A DNA stretch of 64,000 nucleotides from an uncultured Planctomycetota bacterium (lineage in GTDB: Bacteria > Planctomycetota > Planctomycetia > Isosphaerales > Isosphaeraceae), in NCBI GenBank assembly GCA_963845755.1, contig CAWJTV010000015.1, positions 128,001-192,000 on the forward strand, written 5' to 3'. Shown piece after piece: positions 34,651 to 47,179 of the stretch. The position numbers were made by a program, and so were the translations under genes. The notes beneath the pieces were generated by a model that saw nothing but the letters and a program-made list of their open reading frames with translations, was not told the DNA's origin and searched no databases. Numbering within the stretch: position 1 is the stretch's first letter; every line of letters starts with the position of its first letter.

Positions 34651-34890
34651 ATGACCGAGAACGTCCAGACGATCGAGCAGCTTTGCGTCGAGCACGGGAT
34701 CGACGCCCGGCAGTTGGCCGAACGCGCCGGCGTGGACGAGCAGCGGGTCCTGGCGATCGTAGAAGGTCGTTGGACGCCGAGCCCCCAGGAGCGCGACCGG
34801 ATCGCCGCCGTCTTCGGGGTGACCCGCGACCAGGTTGCCTGGGGCCACAAGACGCCGATCCAGCACCTCTACGGCCAGGGACCGGCCTGA
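34651..34890 (+). CDS. Small XRE/Cro-like helix-turn-helix protein (paralog 2)
   Basis: 'ARQLAERAGVDEQRVLAIVEGRWTPSPQERDRIAAVFGV'. Confidence 0.75.
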   Translation: MTENVQTIEQLCVEHGIDARQLAERAGVDEQRVLAIVEGRWTPSPQERDRIAAVFGVTRDQVAWGHKTPIQHLYGQGPA

Positions 34891-34937
34891 ACGAGCCGGC
34901 AGGATCCGCGGTCGAATCTCCTCGGCGCTCCACCGCG

Positions 34938-35836
34938 TCACGGGAATCTGCCGGCATGACGGCGGACGCGCTCTCCGTGCTCGGCCAGCAAGGCGTATTC
35001 CGAAGCGGCCAGCGGTCGGCTCGATCGCAAAACCTCGAGGTCTTCATCCAGCTCGGCCCGATTCGACGGAGCGGCCAGCACCACGGCAACAGAATCAGAT
35101 TGGAGCACGAAGCGGTACAGGTCGGGTGCCGTCGGGACGCGGAACCCGGGCGGGTCTTCGGGCGCCGGCTGGAGCAGGGCCCCCCATCGCAGAGCCGTGT
35201 AGGCGATCACGGGCATCCCGATCGCGTCGGTGGTGGGGAAGACTTCGCGCTCGGCGCCGCGGTGAGCCGCGTTGTACCGGATCATCAGCGCATCGAGGAG
35301 TCCACTCCGCGCCATCTCGGCCGCCAGGGGCGCTGATGGCTCGTAACTCCGAGCGACCGGATGATCCCGTCCTGCTTCGCGGCCTGGCAATAAGCCAAGG
35401 CGCCTCCGGGAGCGGTCAGGGCCCGCCATTCCGCCGCCCGTTCCACGTAATAGAACGTCAAGACATCGATGTAGTCGGTCCCGAGTACGGCCAGGATCGA
35501 GTGGAGCTCCTCCGCGGCGTCGGACGAAGTGCGGGCTCCGAACTGGACGGAGACGACGATCGACTCGCGCCACGAACCCAGCGCGGCAATGACCTCACTG
35601 AGCGCGTCCGCGCCACCTGGGGTATCGGCCTCGCCCGGCCAGTTCAGGAAGTTCAGGCCCCGCTCGATAGCGTGAAGCACGTCGTCCGGGGTGAGCCCGG
35701 TACGGTCACCTCGCGTGGCCAGCCCGAGCCGGCAGGCCGGTTTGCCGAACGCGACGGCCGGGCAGGTTAGGAAGGAGGGCGATCCGGCCGCGGGCCTCGC
35801 CGGATCGTCTGATGAAGAGGGACTCACGTTCGTCAT
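34938..35836 (-). CDS. Aldo/keto reductase, frameshift near 35330
   Basis: ORFs 35285..35836 and 34938..35573; 'LGTDYID', 'GIIRSLGVTSH', 'MIRYNAAHRGAE'. Confidence 0.85.
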
Positions 35837-35854
35837 GCGGTTACTCCTGGTCTC

Positions 35855-38617
35855 TCATCGGTCGGGCCCGTCGCCCTGAGGTTGTCCTTCGTGCCGCTTG
35901 ATGACCACGAAGTTGCAGCCGTTGGACGCCACGTTGACCGTGAACCGTAGGTGGCCATCGGCTTGCCGTGGATGCGACGACGTGCTGGTCGGATGACACT
36001 CGGACGTCTTCCGGATCTCCTCGACCTCAACCGCAGGATAGGCCGTGGGACCCAGGGCGCCCCGGACAATGGCTGCGGCCGCGTCGCGGACGCGCCGGTC
36101 CTTCGCCTGCCCGGCCAGCGTGAAGACCGCTTCCAGGGTCGCGCGACGCGCCACGGCATCGAGTTTCATGAGCGTCTCGATGGCCTGGAGCTGGACCGCC
36201 GGATCGTCGCTTTCCAGGCCCTTCTTCACCTCCGCCAGCCGAACGGCGTCGGGCTGGCCACCCGGCCTGGGAAGATCGAGGATCGCACGCATCAGCCGGA
36301 ATGGCGAATTGTGTTCGCGATCGAAGCGATATTCCTGGACCTGAGCGTCCCCGGACCAGCCCAGTCCGTCGAGGTCGAGCGTCAAGTCGAAGGACGCCTC
36401 CGACCGCGACTGGGTGTCCTGCGCGTGGTGGGAGTAGAGCAGGATCCGAATGACTCCCCGGTCGTCGCGCGAGGCAACGCCGCTCGTCACGGTGCCGGCG
36501 ACCACCCGATCCGGAAGGACCCAGTATTGGTCGCCGAAATCCGACAGCATCCCCAGCACGTGGAAGATCGGCATCGGGATGGTCACGGTCCGGTCCGACC
36601 GGCCGTCTCCGTCATCGTCGCAATGGAGGACTCGCGTGATGGCGTTCAAGCCCGCGAAATTCGCGGGCGGCGGCCAGACCGTCAGGATCGTCTCACCGTA
36701 TGCATATCGGTGATCGCGAGCGGCCCGAAGGAGCTGGCGGTGCACGACGTCGGCACACCAGCTAGGGAAGTAGCCATTGCCCAGGTACGCGTCGGTGGCC
36801 GCTTGTTCAGGTGGCGGCATCCAGTCGGGGCACGACTCGTGCGAGTTGACCCAGAGCGCTCGGTAGTAGTCCGGGTCGATCTCCAACGCGAATTCCTTGG
36901 CCCGGATCAGCTTGTCGGCCATCAGCTCGGACCGGTTGTAGCTGTGGATCGAGATGAAATCACAGGGGCTCCCCTTGCCGCCGTGTTCGCGGCAGAGGGC
37001 CTCGACACGTTGGGATCGCATGCCATCGAGCCGATGGTCGGCCACGGCGGCGTTGAGGGGTAAAGCGCCCTCGGCGCGGGCACGGGGCGAGCAGTGGGCG
37101 AGGAACTCGCGAAGTCTCAGGTTCGTGCCGAAGATGCCGCCGAGCTCCAGGCCGCCGATGAAGACCTTCTTCGAGTCGTACCCGCGATCCTCGAAGGCGC
37201 GGAGAATCGCGTCCGTCGTGTAATCGTAGAACCGCTGGAGCTCCTTCCAGTCGGCCCGCCAGAAAAGGGCACCCAGGTCCGGCTCGTTGAAGACGCTCCA
37301 GGTGAAGCCGAGGGCAGCGTCGCCGTAGCGTTCGATCACATGGCCGGCGATCGTGCCGGCCACCTCGTGCCACTGGACATAGTCCTTGACGGTCGTCCAG
37401 CTCCGGCCGTCGCGCGCCAGGTCTCCGGGAGCGTCCGCGAAGTTGACCATGATGCGACGGCCATACTTGCGGTGGGCCAGGTCCCATTCCTTGTCGAGCC
37501 GCCCCCAGTAATAGCACGCTGTGCCGGGCGGGTCGAACTTGCGAAGGTAGCACCCGCCTGATGGGAAAAGCCCCGGCGCGTCGGGATTCTCTCGTTCGGG
37601 GAGCGGACCCTCGTATGCGATCTTCCACCCGCCGGGCGGCCTCGCGATGGGAGTAACGGTGACTGTGCCAGCCGCACGATCCGCGGCCATGACCTTCGCT
37701 CGGGCGTCATGGACACCGTCGGCGATGAGCACCGTATCGCCCGGGCGATAGTCCTCGGACACCGATCGACCCGCCGGGATGCCGTACTGCTCGTGACCGA
37801 ACACGTCCTCGAGGCGGAGCACGACGCCCCCCGCGCGCGACTCCATCGCGGCGATCCGGCGCGTCTCGCGTTCGCGGACGATGTTGGGCAGCCTCTGCGG
37901 AAGGAATCCCGCGGGCCGGAACTCGGTGCCCGTCGGCCAGAAGTCGCGCTGATAACTCCAGGCCGAAGGATGCTGCTTACGAGCTTCGGCCATCAGCTCA
38001 TACGTCGGCCCGTAATTCGCCGCCTCGCTGCAGAAGATCACGTTGCAGAGGCCCGAGAAGAACCGTCCCTGCCACTGGACCGGTGGGGCTCCGAGATCGA
38101 TGGGGAACTCCAGAGTCCGGACGGAAGGAGTCGTTTCGGTCGTGAAGCTCCAGGTCCCCACATTCTCGGTTTGCCCGGTCCCACCGGCCGCGCCGGCCGA
38201 CACTCGCACGCCATAAGTCGTCGCGGGCTCGAGCGGGCCCCGGGGCTCGATGTAGACTGCAAGCGCCCTGGCACCAGAGAGGTCAGTCCTGGGCTTCAAC
38301 CATCCCGAGACCCGCTCGGCGAAGCGGCGACCGGGCCTGAGCAGATCAACGCCATCGCCTCGCTTCGACTCGAGTCGGACGGCCACCGAATCGGGGCTCA
38401 CATCCCGGGGATTGCTCGTCCTTGCGGACAACGCGAGCTCGAAGTACAGGCTCGTCCGAAGCGGGACATCCCGCGCGTCGCGGAACGGCCGGGGACTACC
38501 GTGCGGATCGGGCACACGCTCAACCAACTTGACCGTCTGACCGAGCGACGTGCCGGCGCCGAGCGGCTCGAGGGCAAGGAGGAGGAACGCCACGGATTTG
38601 CGAGTGGGCCAGGCCAT
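35855..38617 (-). CDS. Secreted GH39-like (clan GH-A) glycoside hydrolase with N-terminal Ig-like domain
   Basis: Intact ORF; signal peptide; 'HVIERYG', 'WSVFNEPD', 'DFISIHSY', 'NSHES'. Confidence 0.65.
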   Translation of the reverse strand: MAWPTRKSVAFLLLALEPLGAGTSLGQTVKLVERVPDPHGSPRPFRDARDVPLRTSLYFELALSARTSNPRDVSPDSVAVRLESKRGDGVDLLRPGRRFAERVSGWLKPRTDLSGARALAVYIEPRGPLEPATTYGVRVSAGAAGGTGQTENVGTWSFTTETTPSVRTLEFPIDLGAPPVQWQGRFFSGLCNVIFCSEAANYGPTYELMAEARKQHPSAWSYQRDFWPTGTEFRPAGFLPQRLPNIVRERETRRIAAMESRAGGVVLRLEDVFGHEQYGIPAGRSVSEDYRPGDTVLIADGVHDARAKVMAADRAAGTVTVTPIARPPGGWKIAYEGPLPERENPDAPGLFPSGGCYLRKFDPPGTACYYWGRLDKEWDLAHRKYGRRIMVNFADAPGDLARDGRSWTTVKDYVQWHEVAGTIAGHVIERYGDAALGFTWSVFNEPDLGALFWRADWKELQRFYDYTTDAILRAFEDRGYDSKKVFIGGLELGGIFGTNLRLREFLAHCSPRARAEGALPLNAAVADHRLDGMRSQRVEALCREHGGKGSPCDFISIHSYNRSELMADKLIRAKEFALEIDPDYYRALWVNSHESCPDWMPPPEQAATDAYLGNGYFPSWCADVVHRQLLRAARDHRYAYGETILTVWPPPANFAGLNAITRVLHCDDDGDGRSDRTVTIPMPIFHVLGMLSDFGDQYWVLPDRVVAGTVTSGVASRDDRGVIRILLYSHHAQDTQSRSEASFDLTLDLDGLGWSGDAQVQEYRFDREHNSPFRLMRAILDLPRPGGQPDAVRLAEVKKGLESDDPAVQLQAIETLMKLDAVARRATLEAVFTLAGQAKDRRVRDAAAAIVRGALGPTAYPAVEVEEIRKTSECHPTSTSSHPRQADGHLRFTVNVASNGCNFVVIKRHEGQPQGDGPDR

Positions 38618-38770
38618 TTCAAGAAGCCCGAACACGCTTCACGGGAGAGTCGCGTACGTCACCTCGATCGTGTGGTGCGTGCCGGACCTCGGCGCGAAGG
38701 GCTCGAGGGTTGTCCTCCTGGTAACAGGTGAAATAACAGGTGGAGCGTCCGCACGCCAGTTTCATCGGCA

Positions 38771-38832
38771 TTTACCGATAATATAAAAAATCTAAATATT
38801 AATATGTTCACAAATTCGGTGTACAATTCATT
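38771..38832. promoter_or_regulatory. Very AT-rich divergent promoter region with palindrome ATATTAATAT
   Basis: AT island in high-GC DNA between divergent genes; perfect palindrome at 38796-38805. Confidence 0.4.
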
Positions 38833-39232
38833 TGCAGATTGCCCTCGCTGCCGAACGGGCCTGCGTGCCGGACACGCCGGCGGAGTTCACCTGGCCTGCG
38901 ACTGAGGCCGGGCGAGTCTCTCAGGGCACCAACCCATCACGTTGCGGAGCGTCGGTTTGCCGGGATGGAATCCGGCGGGCTCGCGGGACGTTCAACTTGA
39001 ATGTTACCCGCACCGCGACCGAATCGCCACGCCCCGTCATTGCAACATGAGTCCGAGAGAGACTGGATTGGCCCGTGCCCCGGGGTTATGCTCTACGCTC
39101 GAGTGGGCACCGGCAAGGGCGACGCGTTGTCTGCAGGCTCAGCGCCTTGCCTCTCACTCGAAGGCATGCGCTCTCAATGCATCTATCCGGCGCCACGAAT
39201 GACGCCCGATCGCGCGAGGGGAGGGAGACACG

Positions 39233-42016
39233 ATGTGGTTCTGGGTACAGGCGGCACTGGCCGCCACGATCGCCGTTACTCTGGTCTTGCTCTACTCGAG
39301 GTTCATCTCGGACCTTCTACGTTACTTGCTCGATCACATGGGTCAGACGGTGATCCTCATCCTCCTTTACTTGATCGTTTACGCGCAAGTCGGTGGTGCA
39401 GCTGGGAGTCCCCTACTTGTTCTGGAACGAGGAGCCGGTGACTCGGTTCTCCGCGGCCGTCGGTTGCACGCTGCTGTTGGCGTTGCTCGGGATCAACGCT
39501 TACTACCTCATTCCCGAAAACCAACAGGTCGAGGTGATGGACCGGATCGAGGCGTTCCTCGCCCGCAGGTCCGTCTTGAAGCTCCCGTTCGGGCGTTGGC
39601 TCGAACCGAGCCGTGGGAACGCAGTCGAATTGAGCCGCTTTCTGCGGGCTGCCCGATTCCCGTTCCTGATGATGCTCTTTCTGCCGGCGCTACTGCCCCT
39701 GGTCTTCCCGGTCGTGCCCCGTTATGCGCCCGTCGCATCGGAGGATTTGGAGAGGCTCCTCAACTGGGCGAATCGGCACGACCTCTACGACGAGTGGAAC
39801 CGGCACCCCGATGTCTCTGCCCACGTCCCGGCTTACCTGTTCGGGCTGGCCATCTGGGCCGCAGGGTTATTGACCGGCGTGGTCGTCGTCAAGTTCGCCA
39901 TCAAGGCGACATCTTCACTCCACCCGCTGGTCAAGCGGTTCGACGCCTTCGTCTTCCCGCCGGTCCGTCGGGTACTCGTGCGGTTGAGCGAGTTGCTGCG
40001 TGGGACCACCAACCGCCCATCCGCCATAACGATCTCGGCCGCAAAGCTGAACTCGATCATCACGTTCTTCGGCGTCACGATCCTTTGCTATATCGCGTTC
40101 GGTACGGTCTTTTACGGGAACCACGACCTCGGCCTGTTCGTGTATCGGGGGGTGGCGCCGCATGTGCCATCTGTGCCCTTCTGGGCATCCTGGCGATGGC
40201 GACCGCCGCGTTTGAACTGACCAGGCCACGGTTCCGGCTGCTGGTCGTCGCCGTGGCGATCGGCTGGATCGGCTGGATGAACCACGACCCCTTCAAGCTT
40301 CGGTTCGAGAACCTGCCGCACTATCCGCCCGAGCGCCCAGTCGTGCTCACGGAGGCGACGGTATTCAAGTCGTACGACGACCCGAATTTTCGCCCCAAGT
40401 CGCTCGTCGACGAGAGTCAGTTGCTGCCGCGCTGGGCCCAATACGCACAGGCGAACTCCGCATTTCCCGGCGCAAGCCGAAACTGGCCGTCGTCTGCGTA
40501 TCCGGTGGCGCGACCCGGTCGGCGTACTGGAGCGCGCTGGTCCTGGATCGGCTCGATCGAAGGATCGACCCGGCCCATCCGTTCCACAACCACGTCCGGC
40601 TGATAACGGGCGCCTCGGGGGGCATGGTCGGCACCGCGTATTACGTGAAGTGGCTGTACGACAATCACCCTCGGTCCGACCCCGCGAAGAGAAGAATCTG
40701 GCCGTCCGGTCAAGACCGTTGGTACTGGGTGATGCCGATCGACAGCCTCAGAGCCGTGGCGCGCTCGCTCGCGCTCCGCGAGACATGGAGGATGTTGGTC
40801 CCGCGCTGGGGGAAGAACTTCGACGACCGGGGGAATGTCCTGGAGAAGGACTGGGGCGATCTCCGCCTGGTCGCGTTTTCCGACCTCCGCCCCCTGGAGG
40901 AGGCGGGCGAGCTGCCGTCGCTGATCTTCTCGCCGATGACCGTCGATGACGGGCGCCGTCTCTTGATCAGCAACCTGGATCTCCGGACCGACGCCCCGAC
41001 GCCGAGCGAGCCGACGGCTCATGCCCTTCCGCTCAACCGGGGGAGCGCGCTCAACGGCGATAACGATGGGACGAAGATGGAGCGTTACTCGCTCTCCGGG
41101 ATCGAGTTCTTCAAGGTATTCCCGGGTGCGAACGACTTCCAGCTTTCGACCGCCGCGCGAATGAGCGCGACGTTCCCGTGGGTGTCCCCCGCGGTGAACC
41201 TGCCCACCGACCCGCCTCTCCGGGTCGTCGACGCCGGTTACTTCGACAACTTCGGAGTCAACATCGCGGGCGCCTGGCTGCACCTTCACCAAGATTGGAT
41301 CGTCGCGAACACGTCGGGAGTGGTCCTCATCCAGATCCGCGATTCCGTGAGCCGGAACGACCGATTGGGTTTTCCCGAGCCCGAGACCTACGGCGCGATC
41401 GAGCAGGCGCTTGCGGGGTTCCAGTTCCTCTTCAGCCCGGTCGACGCGGTGCTCGCGGCGCGGACGACCTCAGCGATCTACCGGAACGACCAGGCGGTTG
41501 CCGCGATCGGGGAGAGCTTCACGCGACTGACGAAGGACCCGGCGTTCTTCACCACGGTCGCCTTTGAGAACTCCGCCGAGGTCACCGTCGATCAGGCCCA
41601 GGATCGATGGGGACGACACCTGGTCCGACATCCAGAACGACACTTCGTCCTCCGAGGTCCCGTCGTCTTCCACGACGGTGGCGATGAGCTGGTACCTGAC
41701 CCAGGCCGAGGTCCGTGCCCTCGAGAACGCCATTCCCGAGTTGAACGTGACCCCGGGCTTTTCGAAGCAGCGGGAGGAGTGGATCGTCACGCACGCCAGG
41801 AAGGTCGCCGACGTGCCCCGCGGCAGCGCCGAGCGAATGCGATTGATGCGCCAGTTGGACCGTGCCCGCATGTTCAACGAACTCGCCGGGAACGCCGAGC
41901 GCGTTCGACGCTCTCGCGAAGTGGTGGAGGGAAGATCATACGGTCAAGGCCAGATGATCAGTTCGGCGATGCCAAGGCTGAGCGGGCGAACTCCGAGTCT
42001 GTTCCAGAACGGGTAA
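39233..42016 (+). CDS. Multi-TM patatin-like phospholipase, about 4-5 frameshifts
   Basis: ORFs 39233, 39393, 40624 and 41564; motifs SGGATRS, ITGASGG (GxSxG) and VVDAGYFDN (DxG), and C-terminal 'SWYLT'. Confidence 0.7.
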
Positions 42017-42059
42017 TTCCGGTCGAGCGGGGGGCGTCAGCCCCCACCCCCGTCGGAGT

Positions 42060-42409
42060 CGCCATCTGGCCGGAATTCTTCTGACCGATGGATCACCGTC
42101 TCCGAGGGATTCGCCAATGTGGCCGGCGTTGACGATGAGGGCGCGGAGATCGTCGTCACTCACCCAGTCGCGCCGTTATACTGGAACCCGACAATGGTCG
42201 AAGACGAACTCGGGTACGATCCCGCCACCTGCCCCAGATTGTTGAGATTCGCGCTGGTGATCGCCGCGGTCCAAGGCGAGGTGGGGGCTCGATTGGTGAG
42301 TGCGGTGACCGTATACAACGGATCGGCACCCGCCCGAGTCCCGATCGCGAGGACGAAGACGGAACCAACCAAAACCATCCGGCGAGCGCGGTACGTAATG
42401 CTTGCTCAT
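42060..42409 (-). pseudogene. Truncated remnant of a secreted (HAF-repeat-like) protein gene
   Basis: Signal peptide ending in 'AGA|DPLYTVTAL' and 'LNNLGQVAG', then a premature TGA at 42160 and a degraded continuation. Confidence 0.45.
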
Positions 42410-42748
42410 GCTACCATCCATGGATGACAGTCAGCGTAACAGCATGCACGTCGATCCGTGGATGCTTAACCGATTCCCGAGTCGGCGGCAACGTCAATTT
42501 CCCGGGATGCATGCTCGTCTCTGGACCGGCCTCCAGGCTGCGCCGAGCGTGAGGTGCTCGAGTACCACCCATCCAGATCGTCGGCGCGTGGACGAGTCCA
42601 TCGACCTCCGGATTCGGAGGCTTACCCAGAACCCATGCGCTGCAGTAACTTACGATCACTCCTGCACTTCTCTGGTTCGCGGTCGCGCGTTAGCATTGAT
42701 GAGCGACTCCCTCGTTACTGAGATCGACTACCGCCGGGAGCAAGGTCG

Positions 42749-43380
42749 ATGAAGCCGGGCTCCGGAGCCAAAGCCGACGGCGAGGACCCAGTTCCTCCGC
42801 CGACGAACGCTGTGATCCGCATTCTCTCGGACATCGAGCATGGCGACCCGGCTGCGGCCGAGCGTCTCCTGCCCCTGGTGTACGATGAGTTGCGCAACCT
42901 CGCCGCGCAGATGCTCGCTCAGGAGAAGCCAGGGCAGACCCTCCAGCCCACCGCGCTGGTGCACGAGGCGTACCTCCGGCTGGTCGGGGATGAGCCCGAG
43001 AAGCCCTGGAACGGGCGCCGGCATTTCTTCGGCGCCGCGGCCGAGGCGATGCGTCGGGTCCTGATCGACCGGGCCCGCAATCGTTCGACGGCAAAAGCGC
43101 GGCGGGGAGTCGCCGGCGCGTTCGGATCGACCTCGAGGCTCTCCTCGTCGATCCACCCGACGAGGACCTTCTGGCATTGGACGAGGCTCTGGAGGCAATG
43201 GTGCGCGAGGACCCAGCCGGGGCCGAGCTGGTCCGGTTACGCGCCTTCGCGGGCCTGACGCTCGGCGAGGCGGCCGAGGTGCTGGGCATCGGTCGCCGCA
43301 CCGCCGACCGCTACTGGGCTTATGCCCGTGCCTGGCTCTGCGACGCGTTGAGCGGAGACGAGTCGGCCTCTCCTACCTGA
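42749..43380 (+). CDS. ECF sigma factor, planctomycete TIGR02999-type, frameshift near 43120
   Basis: '[14 protein letters not shown]', '[17 protein letters not shown]', '[11 protein letters not shown]', '[13 protein letters not shown]'. Confidence 0.92.
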
Positions 43381-43471
43381 TCGAAAAAACGTGCCGACCT
43401 GGCGCAGTTCGGGCGAAAACGGAGCATGGAGGGGGAAGGAAGCGAATTTTGCTCAGAAAAGGGGATCGATC

Positions 43472-46400
43472 TTGGACCAGGCCAGAAGCGATGCGAAGGC
43501 GATATTTATGGAGGCTCTGGACCGCGAACCCGGCGCCGAGCGGGCCGCGTACCTGCATGCCGCCTGCGGGGACCGCTTCGATCTGAGAAAGCGAGTCGAG
43601 ACCCTCCTTGCGGCCCACGAGCGGGCCGACGAAGTGCTCGGGCCTGATTTGGGCCCGAAGGACGCGGCCACCGTCGCCATGACCTTCGTTCCCGGCCCGG
43701 GACCGGAGATCGAGCCGACCCAGGCCATCGCCTCACGCGCCAATACCCTCGGCGCGACCGTCGCCCCGACTGCGGGCGTCGATGCCGGAGTTGAGACGGC
43801 CGCTTACCCCGAAAGCCGAAATGGCGACGGCTTGGCCCAAGGTACGACGGTCCGCTACTTCGGCGACTACGAGATCCTGGGTGAACTGGGCCGCGGCGGT
43901 ATGGGCGTCGTGTACAAGGCCCGGCAGGTCTCTCTCAACCGAGCGGTGGCCCTCAAGGTGGTGCGTTCGGGGGTTCTGGCCGGCGACGACGAATTGCGCC
44001 GATTCCAGAATGAGGCCGAAGCCGTGGCCATGCTCGACCACCCGGGCATCGTCCCGGTGTATGAGGTCGGCGAACACAACGGTCAGCGCTACCTCAGCAT
44101 GAAACTGATCGAGGGCACCAGCCTCGTCCCCGCGCTCGCGAAGTACAAGGACGACCCGACTGCAGCCGCCCGGCTCGTCGTCGAGGCGGCCGGGGCTGTG
44201 GCCCATGCCCACATGCGCGGGATTCTGCATCGCGATCTCAAGCCGGCGAACATCCTGGTTCGACCCGGATGGCCGCCCGCACGTCACCGACTTCGGCCTG
44301 GCCAAGCGCCTGGAGGAGGACGTCGAGCTCACCCAGTCGGGCGCGATCCTGGGCACGCCCGCCTACATGTCGCCCGAGCAGGCCAAGGGCCGCCGTGGTA
44401 CGATCACCACGGCCACCGACGTCTACGGCCTGGGGGCCGTGCTCTATGCACTTCTGGCCGGAAAGGCACCCTTCGGCGAAGACAGCGTGCTGGACACCCT
44501 GCAAGCGGTGAAGGAGCACGCTCCCGAACCACCTACCCGGTTCAACGCCAAGGTGTCCCGCGACCTGGAAAGGATCTGTCTCAAGTGTTTGGAGAAGCAT
44601 CCGCGCCATCGCTACCCGACGGCTCAGGCCCTGGCCGACGACCTTTGCGCCTGGCTGGAGCACCGGCCCCTCGCGGCGCGGCGCGTCGGCGCGGCCGAGC
44701 GCGCCTGGCTCTGGTGCCGGCGTCGGCCGGCACTGCGCGGGACTTCTTGCGGCGCTTCTCACGGCGTTTGCGCTCTTGATCATCGGAGCGACGGGTTTCT
44801 CGATCGTCTATGCCCGCCAGCAGGCCGACCGGGCGCGGACCGAGCGAGTCCTGCGCCTGGAGGCGATGCAGGAGCGGGATCGTAATGCCGCGCGAGGCGT
44901 ACATCAGCAGCATCAACCTCGCCTGGCATGAGTGGCAGGACGCAAACCCGGCCCGGGTCCGCGACCTCCTCGAAGCGACACGGCCTGCGTCGGGCGGCCT
45001 CGACTTTCGGAGCTTCGAATGGTTCTACCTGGATCAACTCGGCCGGACACCCCTCTGGACCTACACGGCGAACGAGTTGTTCGGGTCGAACCTCGTATTG
45101 GGTCCTGAAGGCACCTGGGTTGCCGCGGCGCTGAACCGGCGTGATGGCCAAGCGAACGACATCGTCGTCCTCGATGCCCACACGGGGAAGGAGATTCGGA
45201 AGATCGTCGGACGGCGCGTTCCGTTCACCCAGATCGCGATCAGCCCTGTTGACAACCAGCTTGTCACCTTGGACGCCGACGGAATGGTCGTCTTTCTTGA
45301 TGTCGAAACCGGCGAGGAACGACAGAGGCTCTTCAGCACGTCGATCCAACCGACGGGTGTGGGACGTGTGACGTTCAGCCACGATGGTCGGTATCTGGCC
45401 AGGCCGGTGCCGAAATCGCCGCCGGATTCCTCTCGATCCTCGGTCGAACTCTGGGATGTTGCGGCGAAACGAAAGGTCCAGAGCTTTTCGATGCGCCCGG
45501 ACGATCTCGGAGCCCGGCCGTTCAGTGTGAGCCCCGACGGGAGCCGCATGGCCATCGCGTCTGGGAAGCTGAACATCTGGAACGTATCGACGGGCAAGGT
45601 CGAGAAGGAGATCGACACGAGCGCGCTTCTCACCGACGTGTCTTTTAGTCCCGACGGCACGTCGTTGGCCGTGGCAACGTTCACGGGCTGGATTGGACTC
45701 TGGGATCCCGCAACGGGTCTCCGTGGCAGGACACTCAGCGGCCACCGAGGCGAGATCCATCGGATCGACTTCAGTCCAGACGGAAGGCGACTGGCGTCCG
45801 CCGGCCGTGACCGGGTCGTCAGGATCTGGGACGTTTTCTCCGGGAACCTTCACCTCGAGCTGCGCGGTCATGAATCCGAGATCTGGGACGTGGGCTTCAC
45901 TCGCGATGGCCATCACCTCGTATCGGTCGGCTTCCACGATGGCGAGGTCAAACTCTGGGGCACTGAACGAGCACCGGAGTCGAACGTGCTGAGCCAGGAG
46001 CCACTTTCTCCCATGATCCTCCCGACGTTCGGGCTGGCCTTCAGTCCCGACGGTCGAGTGCTCGCGGCGACACAGGCCGCGGGAACCCTCCAGGTATGGG
46101 ATCCCGGCGGGAGCCGGCCGCTGTACCGGATCGACAGCCGCGCCGCGATCGGCCGCGGTTGGGTTGCGATCGGCCCCAGGTCGGACGTGCTTGCGATGCT
46201 GGATGACAAACGATCGATCGTCCTCCGAAATCCGTTCGACCGGCGCCGAGATTCGGACCCTGGACTCCTCCGAAAGCAGCCGAGTGTGTGTCTTCAGCCT
46301 GAATGGCCGGTTCCTGGTCGGGGGTAGCGATCGGGTGAACACGATTCGGGTCTGGGAAGTGGCCTCGGGACGACTCGTTGCGATCCTCGATGGTCATGCC

Positions 46401-46913
46401 CAGCCCGTCGAATGCCTGGCCTTCAGTCCAGACGGAGGGAAACTGGCGTCCGGCAGCTTCGACAAGACCGTGAGGATCTGGGACTTCGCCTCACGAAAGG
46501 AGGTGATGGTCTATCGCGGCCACTCCAGCGGGATCGCCAGCGTTGCCTTTCATCCGGATGGGCAGAGCCTTGCCTCCTCAAGTTTGGATTCCCGGCTTCG
46601 CGGCGAGATCCGGCTGTGGGACGCCAAGACCGCCAAGGACTCGCAGGTTCTTCGCGGACACGCCGCTTTCGTGCGGAGGCTTGCGTTCCTCCCGGATGGG
46701 CAACGCCTGGTGTCCCTCGGGGATGACGGGGTACTCAAGGTCTGGGATGTCGTATCTGGACAGGAGACGCTCTCGATCACAGCCCATGGCCGGAATGGTC
46801 TTGGACTGGCCGTCAGTCCCGACGGACGACGACTGGCAACCTCGGGCGCGGAGGGATCCATCCGAATCTGGGATTCCGGGGTCCCACTCGCGCGATCGCC
46901 AGTTGACCATTAG
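43472..46913 (+). CDS. Ser/Thr protein kinase with C-terminal WD40 repeats, several frameshifts
   Basis: '[10 protein letters not shown]', 'VALK', '[10 protein letters not shown]', 'DFGLAK', '[10 protein letters not shown]', then many GH...WD repeats (ORFs 43391, 44205, 44810, 46164). Confidence 0.92.
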
Positions 46914-46925
46914 ACTTTATCAGAA

Positions 46926-47039
46926 TCTGTTCCCGAAGGGGCAGGTCCGGGCGAGCGGGGGCCGTCGGCCCCCTGTCCGGTGAGAGACGACCCTCGAAGA
47001 CAGGGGGCTGACACCCCCCGCTCGCCGTTCGGGAACAGA
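46926..47039. repeat. Long intergenic inverted repeat (REP-like family D)
   Basis: TCTGTTCCCGAA..GGCGAGCGGGGG..GGCCCCCTGTC pairs with GACAGGGGGCTG..CCCCCGCTCGCC..TTCGGGAACAGA; a half-copy lies at about 42021-42045. Confidence 0.65.
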
Positions 47040-47179
47040 CTTTCAGAAACAAGGACTTCCGTGCGTTTTCCCCAGGATTTCTCGAGGATAGCCCCCTCGA
47101 AGTCGCAATCGGGGATGACGTCGGATGCGTCCACACTCGTGCTCTTGACCCGTGTCTTTCCGTGGCTGGGAGGGTGACG

